Assembly (NCBI GenBank): GCA_009930115.1 | Contig: RZYY01000001.1 | Coordinates: 4,167-68,166, forward strand | Length of the DNA: 64,000 bases | DNA from: Sphingobacteriia bacterium | GTDB lineage: Bacteria; Bacteroidota; Bacteroidia; Bacteroidales; 4484-276 | Direction: 5' to 3' | In this document: positions 58,950 through 64,000 of the stretch, one piece after another | How the letters are laid out: every line of letters starts with the position of its first letter | How positions within the stretch are numbered: the stretch's first letter is position 1 | Position numbers and translations under genes: made by a program | The notes under the pieces: generated by a model | What the model saw: the letters and a program-made list of their open reading frames with translations, nothing else | The model's database searches: none | What the model was told of the DNA's origin: nothing

Positions 58950-61049
58950 TCAGTATGAACCATTTATTTTTCTGATAAACCATTCGATGGTGAGCAGGGC
59001 AAGTATGATGACAAAAACCCAGAAAAGATTAACCAGTTCACTAAAACGTTTTTCGGTAAAGACCACGGTTTTGATATCATCGCGTGCTTTCAGAATTTCA
59101 GCAAAGCGCTCCATGTCAGCGGGATAAAGCATTTGCCCGTCGTGACGGGCTGCAAGCCTGAACAAGAGATGGTGGTCAGCAATGGTATTAAGTGATTCAA
59201 TATTGAGCGGCGATACAGTGAATTCCCCCTGATAATTCAATAATTTCTCGCCAACACGTACATTAGCCTTATAGCTGTAATTGTCAACAGGAAGAATGCC
59301 GGCATTGAGATGGTAGGATGTGTTTGTTTTACTGAATACAAAGGGATAACTATCGCCGGTGCTGTTGGTGATAGTTATTTCCACCTCCTGTTCTGTGATG
59401 AGTTCATAACTTTCATTGTAAACTTCAGCATCAAATGTCACCATTTCATTTTCCTGAAAATTGTTCTTGCCAGTAACCCTGAATCGACTTCTGTCTGCTT
59501 TTACCGAGAGATATTGTGTCATTTTGGAGAACAACTCATCAAAAGCGTTGTGATTACCATTTTTTTGATAATTAACCATGCGCCAGCGCCAGATACCCTC
59601 TCCGGCAATAATACCGGTTTTACCGTTAAGGGTTTGATTGAAAACTACAAGCCGATATGCCGTAACCAAAGAGCCGATTTGTTGATTGAACAGGGCAGTA
59701 GTTGACATCAATGTTTTGAATTCTCCAAATGGAGCTGCCAGTGGAGGGAAGCTCTCAATGGCTTTGCGGGTATCGTCGCTGATGGTAAAGAGTGAAAATT
59801 CGGGATTGATTGCAGGCAGCGCTTCGTTGTAAATTTGTTTGTCAGTCAGAATTTGAAGGCCTGTATTTAAAGCGTTGAACTGCGTGATTCCGGATTGTGT
59901 TCCGAGAATGTAAAGAATAGGAATTTCCTGTTCTGCTGCTTCATTGACAATATTCGAAATGTTGCTGCTGCCTCCTGGTAGCTGGTGAAGGACAATCAGA
60001 TTATATGCTGAAATATTACCAGTGAAACGGGAAATTATCATTTCAGTTACCTCATTGGTGAAATTGCTTTCTATGGCTGATTTCAGTGCAGCGATGTCGG
60101 GATGTGGAGATTGAGATAAAATAAGGATTTTCTGTTTGGTATCGAGTACGTCAATGAAAATATCCTGACTGTTGTTTTCCAGGCTGATTTCTTCGGATAG
60201 GGGTTTGACATTGATATGATAACGTTGCAACCCGTCTTTTTCAGCATTAAGCAGCACCTGAACAGTTTCGGTAAACTGATCTGAACTGAATGCAACAGAT
60301 TGTGAGAAAAGAGTAATTCCTCCTGAACTCACTGTCAACGTGCTGCTTTGACCAGAAGCCATATTGGCTCCAATCACCACTTCAACAGGAAACTTATTGC
60401 CTTTAAAGGCAATCCTGTTGAAATTTACATGACGAAGGTAAAGATCTTTATGCATAGATGTGTCACCAAGTGCCAGAGTGTAAACGGGGAACCTGATCTT
60501 TTCGGAGCTGTAAACAGGGTTGATACCCTTATTGAAAAGGCCGTCGGTAACCAGGAGCATTGATCCGACATTTCTGTTGGAATAACGGGTGATTATTTCG
60601 GTAAAAAATCCGGAAATATCGGTTTGCTTTCCGGAATATGAAAAATCGAAATTCTCTCCTGTTTTATCACTGAAATGATAGGTGCGCACATCGTATTCGG
60701 CAGAAAGTTTTTCGGCAAGGGTATTGAGTCGTGTTGCAAATTCACCGGTGTAATAAGAAGAGTCTTTGCCATTAACTATTGATTCGGAATTATCCTGAGC
60801 AAGTATAAGTAATGGTTTTTCATAATTACGCTGGAGGTTTTTAAGCATCGGAGTAAGCAGCAGGAAAGCAATGGAGGTAACCGACAAAAAACGCATCAAT
60901 GCCAGTATTTTTCTTAATGCTGGTGAGAAATCCTCTTTTCTGTTTTTGTAATAAAGGATTCCCGATACAAGTACTCCTGCTGAAATGCAGAAAATGATAA
61001 ACCAAACCGGATATTCGGTAACAATAGTCAAAGGCTGTCCTCCTGACAA
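58950..61049 (-). CDS. Membrane-anchored vWA domain protein (N-terminal double TM, C-terminal TM)
   Basis: MIDAS-like DNSES (LILAQDNSESI) and LLVTDG motifs. Hydrophobic segments at both termini. The start codon at 61049 is TTG, so the exact start is uncertain. Confidence 0.7.
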   Translation of the reverse strand: MSGGQPLTIVTEYPVWFIIFCISAGVLVSGILYYKNRKEDFSPALRKILALMRFLSVTSIAFLLLTPMLKNLQRNYEKPLLILAQDNSESIVNGKDSSYYTGEFATRLNTLAEKLSAEYDVRTYHFSDKTGENFDFSYSGKQTDISGFFTEIITRYSNRNVGSMLLVTDGLFNKGINPVYSSEKIRFPVYTLALGDTSMHKDLYLRHVNFNRIAFKGNKFPVEVVIGANMASGQSSTLTVSSGGITLFSQSVAFSSDQFTETVQVLLNAEKDGLQRYHINVKPLSEEISLENNSQDIFIDVLDTKQKILILSQSPHPDIAALKSAIESNFTNEVTEMIISRFTGNISAYNLIVLHQLPGGSSNISNIVNEAAEQEIPILYILGTQSGITQFNALNTGLQILTDKQIYNEALPAINPEFSLFTISDDTRKAIESFPPLAAPFGEFKTLMSTTALFNQQIGSLVTAYRLVVFNQTLNGKTGIIAGEGIWRWRMVNYQKNGNHNAFDELFSKMTQYLSVKADRSRFRVTGKNNFQENEMVTFDAEVYNESYELITEQEVEITITNSTGDSYPFVFSKTNTSYHLNAGILPVDNYSYKANVRVGEKLLNYQGEFTVSPLNIESLNTIADHHLLFRLAARHDGQMLYPADMERFAEILKARDDIKTVVFTEKRFSELVNLFWVFVIILALLTIEWFIRKINGSY

Positions 61050-61064
61050 TAATTGGATGGTTAA

Positions 61065-61811
61065 TTACATGTGCATTCCGCCGTCAACGCTGATTACCTG
61101 ACCGGTAACGTATGAGGAGAGGTCGGAAGCGAGAAACAGTGCTATGTTTGCGACATCATCAGGTTTTCCCGGACGGCGCAAAGGGATACTTTTGATCCAG
61201 TTATCCCGGATTTCTTCCGACAATTTATTGGTCATTGCTGTTTCGATGAAACCCGGAGCGATAGCATTACATCTGACGCCTCTGAGTCCAAATTCCTGGG
61301 CAATGGATTTGGTGAAACCAATGAGACCTGCTTTGGAAGCGCTGTAGTTGGATTGACCAACATTTCCGGTCAGACCGACCACCGAGCTCATGTTAATAAT
61401 GGAGCCGCTGTGTTGTTTTAGCATAACACGTTGCACAGCTTTTGTGAGATTGAAGATAGATTTGAGATTGACTTTGATCACAAGGTCCCAGTCCTGTTCG
61501 CTCATGCGTAACAAAAGGTTGTCACGTGTGATACCTGCATTATTCACCAGAACGTCAATCCGGCCAAAGTCGTTCATTACATCATTTATAAGTATTTCAC
61601 CGGCTTCAAACATGCTGGCATCGGAAGCATAAGCTTTAGCTTTAACTCCGTAATGTTCAATTTCTTTTACTGTATTCAGTGCATCATCATCCACTTTCAG
61701 GTCTGAAATGGCCACATCGGCTCCGTGTTGTGCAAAGGCAATGGCAATGGCTCTTCCAATACCCCTGGAGGCACCGGTGATAAGCGCTTTTTTGTTTTCA
61801 AGCAATTTCAT
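61065..61811 (-). CDS. fabG: 3-oxoacyl-[acyl-carrier-protein] reductase
   Basis: TGASRGIGRAIA cofactor motif, NNAGI, and the YSASKAG catalytic motif. 248 aa. Confidence 0.9.
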   Translation of the reverse strand: MKLLENKKALITGASRGIGRAIAIAFAQHGADVAISDLKVDDDALNTVKEIEHYGVKAKAYASDASMFEAGEILINDVMNDFGRIDVLVNNAGITRDNLLLRMSEQDWDLVIKVNLKSIFNLTKAVQRVMLKQHSGSIINMSSVVGLTGNVGQSNYSASKAGLIGFTKSIAQEFGLRGVRCNAIAPGFIETAMTNKLSEEIRDNWIKSIPLRRPGKPDDVANIALFLASDLSSYVTGQVISVDGGMHM

Positions 61812-61849
61812 TTTTCAGTAATTTATAATTCAACAAAATGTAAATTCAT

Positions 61850-63475
61850 TTAATGAAGTTTTAAATCAGTAAACATCGAACCATCCTGAATCAGATCAAC
61901 AGCAACTTTTAATTCTTTATCCAATGGATTGATGATCCTGAAATAAGCATTTGTATCCCATAGGTTCCGGGCTATCATGGCTTTTACCTGGGTTTTGAGG
62001 TCAGCAACCGGATAAAAATACTTATCATCGGCTTTGCGCTCGACCTTTTTTTCCAGAGCCAGAGCTAAAAAATCATCAAACATTTCAGTTGTTACTTTAA
62101 AGTTCTTGTCAAAAGCCTCGAAATCAGGATATTTTTCTACAAGTTTGTTTCTGTTTTTTTCAAGATAATTTAGGGTAAAGGTATTGAAAATTCCTGTACG
62201 GACGAGATCGGAATAATAGTCAGAAAATCGGGTAGAGTCAAGTGGAACAAATACATCTGGCATTATTCCGCCACCACCATAAACAATCCTTCCTTTAGGT
62301 GTAAAATATTTTAGTGAATCAGGAAAACTTATGGTTTTGGCATCGACCAGTTCGCCGTTGTCAAGCCTGTTTTTCAAATCCTTATAATATTCTTCGGCTC
62401 CCTCATCATAAGGTTTCTGAATGCAGCGGCCTGTAGGGGTAAAATATCTTGCTGTGGTCAATCGTATCAATGAACCGTCAGGAAGGTTAAAGGGGCGTTG
62501 TACCAATCCTTTTCCAAACGACCGCCGTCCTACAATAAGTCCTCTGTCCCAGTCCTGCACAGCGCCTGAAACAATTTCACTTGCCGATGCAGAACCTTCG
62601 TTAATCAGCACAATCAATTTTCCCTGTGTCAAATCGCCATTCATGGTAGATAAAAATTCCTGACGGGGTGATCGTAACCCTTTGGTGTAAACGATCAGTT
62701 TTTTGTCGGGCAAAAACTGATCGCTCAACTCAACAGCAACATTGAGAAAGCCTCCGGAATTACTTCTCAGATCAAGAATCAGATCTTTCATACCCTGTTC
62801 ACGAAGTTGGGCTATGGATTCATGGAATTCGGACATGGACGATTTTGCAAAACGTGTGAGTTTGATGTATCCGATTTGCGGAGCTACCATGTAAGTAGCA
62901 TCAATGCTGTTTAACGGGATTTTATCTCTTATGATGGTAAATTCAAGCAGGTTATCGCGGCCGGAACGAAGAATGCTGACATCGACCGAAGTGCCTTTCT
63001 TCCCTCTCAGGCGATCCATTACGTATTCGTTGTTAACCTTTGAACCAAAGGCATCTTCACCATTGATTTTCAGAATTTTGTCCCCGGCAAGAATGCCAAG
63101 TTTATCTGACGGCCCGCCAGGAACAGGCGAAATGACAAGAATTGTGTCATTGAACAACTGAAAGGTTACACCAATGCCTTCAAATTCAGCTTCCAAGGGT
63201 TCATTTACCTTTTGTACATCATCACGTGAAATATAAGCTGAGTGCGGGTCTAAATTTTTAAGCATGGCAATGATAGCTTTCTCAACAAGCTTCGGTGGAT
63301 CGGTGCTGTCAACGTAGGCAAACTCAATGAGCTGGAGTGCTGTACTAAACTTTTGAATTGTTTCCCGTGCATTATCAACTTGTGCAAAAACATTTGCTGA
63401 GAGCAAAAGAGAAATTATTAAAGCCACGCTAAAACGTCCAGGAAGTCCAGAAAATGTATTTATTGACTTTTTCAT
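61850..63475 (-). CDS. S41 family C-terminal processing peptidase with PDZ domain
   Basis: PDZ-like GGPSDKLGILAGDKILKING. LINEGSASASEIVSGA serine motif. GKGLVQ lysine-region motif. Signal peptide from ATG 63475. Confidence 0.88.
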   Translation of the reverse strand: MKKSINTFSGLPGRFSVALIISLLLSANVFAQVDNARETIQKFSTALQLIEFAYVDSTDPPKLVEKAIIAMLKNLDPHSAYISRDDVQKVNEPLEAEFEGIGVTFQLFNDTILVISPVPGGPSDKLGILAGDKILKINGEDAFGSKVNNEYVMDRLRGKKGTSVDVSILRSGRDNLLEFTIIRDKIPLNSIDATYMVAPQIGYIKLTRFAKSSMSEFHESIAQLREQGMKDLILDLRSNSGGFLNVAVELSDQFLPDKKLIVYTKGLRSPRQEFLSTMNGDLTQGKLIVLINEGSASASEIVSGAVQDWDRGLIVGRRSFGKGLVQRPFNLPDGSLIRLTTARYFTPTGRCIQKPYDEGAEEYYKDLKNRLDNGELVDAKTISFPDSLKYFTPKGRIVYGGGGIMPDVFVPLDSTRFSDYYSDLVRTGIFNTFTLNYLEKNRNKLVEKYPDFEAFDKNFKVTTEMFDDFLALALEKKVERKADDKYFYPVADLKTQVKAMIARNLWDTNAYFRIINPLDKELKVAVDLIQDGSMFTDLKLH

Positions 63476-64000
63476 CTTGCCGGAATTTTTATTAAGAACC
63501 ATATTTGTAAACGTCCAAACGATCGGGCAGAGAAATTATTTTTGTATGTTTTCACAGCGGATGATTAATCAGGAATATCTGATCCAGAAACAACAAATCT
63601 AAAGAATTGTTGATAATAAAACCAATGTGTTTAGACCTGCTTATTAAAAATTTGAAGAATGAAAAGGGTTGTCTATCAACAAACCAAAATGAATCAGGCT
63701 TAATTTTTTTGAAGTCTGCATTGATCCGGTTGATACTTAGTTTAACAGGTTTCTTTTACTAAACGGCGAATAGGATGAATTTTTTCCGATTATTTAATTT
63801 CTAGAAGCTAATGTTTTTTAGTGTAGTTTTTTTATTCAATAAGGACAGTACATTGAAAAAATCAATTTGCTAATAAACAGGACTGCTTCAGAAGTCCTGA
63901 TTCTGCAAAGATTGTTAAGTCTTTGAGAAAGTACCCTGAAGCAGCCTTTATGAAATGTGTTTATGAAAAAAGTTACTTTATAATGAGTTTCCTTACCTCG

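Noticed and set aside
1-64000. CRISPR arrays, tRNA or rRNA genes, IS elements, integrases or prophage genes.
   Set aside because: I saw no regularly spaced direct repeats and no tRNA-like cloverleaf candidates in the intergenic regions. No transposase, integrase or recombinase-like translation appears among ORFs of 60 aa or longer. The only sizeable structured RNA is rnpB.
63950-64000. An open frame starts at ATG 63950 and runs off the window end.
   Set aside because: Only 17 codons are visible, with no promoter box or recognisable motif. That is insufficient evidence to call a gene.

Overview
This window looks like a chromosomal, mostly housekeeping stretch of a Bacteroidota genome. Three observations support that assignment. 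Two secreted proteins carry T9SS C-terminal sorting domains. Exact TAnnTTTG -7 promoter boxes sit directly upstream of many start codons, with very short leaders and no Shine-Dalgarno spacing. There is also a GldA-like ABC ATPase and a long Bacteroidota-type MetK. I can support about 50 protein genes. They include three aminoacyl-tRNA synthetases (gltX, leuS, cysS), a moeA-moaA-moaC operon plus a separate MOSC-MogA fusion, and metK, dnaN, plsY, rpe, kdsC, fabG and folB. They also include an EF-G paralog, a HelD-like helicase, PBP4, several peptidases (M28, M48, S41), a GH20 hexosaminidase, NamZ, three EamA/DMT transporters and a MATE pump. One RNA gene is clear: a type-A RNase P RNA at about 48256-48665. 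I see no tRNA, rRNA, CRISPR array, transposase, integrase or convincing defence island, so I do not claim a new multi-gene system. All function calls rest on motifs I recognise in the translations, because no database search was possible. The most unusual items are listed here. (1) An in-frame module of about 100 aa with a DUF559/Vsr-like PD-(D/E)xK pattern is nested inside LeuS just before KMSKS. (2) metK has a structured leader of about 150 nt that may be a SAM-type riboswitch. (3) A 1514-aa signal-anchored protein of unknown family overlaps the start of plsY. (4) An M28 peptidase is fused to a C-terminal outer-membrane beta-barrel. (5) Several orphan structured elements lie in intergenic DNA: a 28-nt perfect palindrome, an orphan GC-rich hairpin, and a small ORF with its own terminator.
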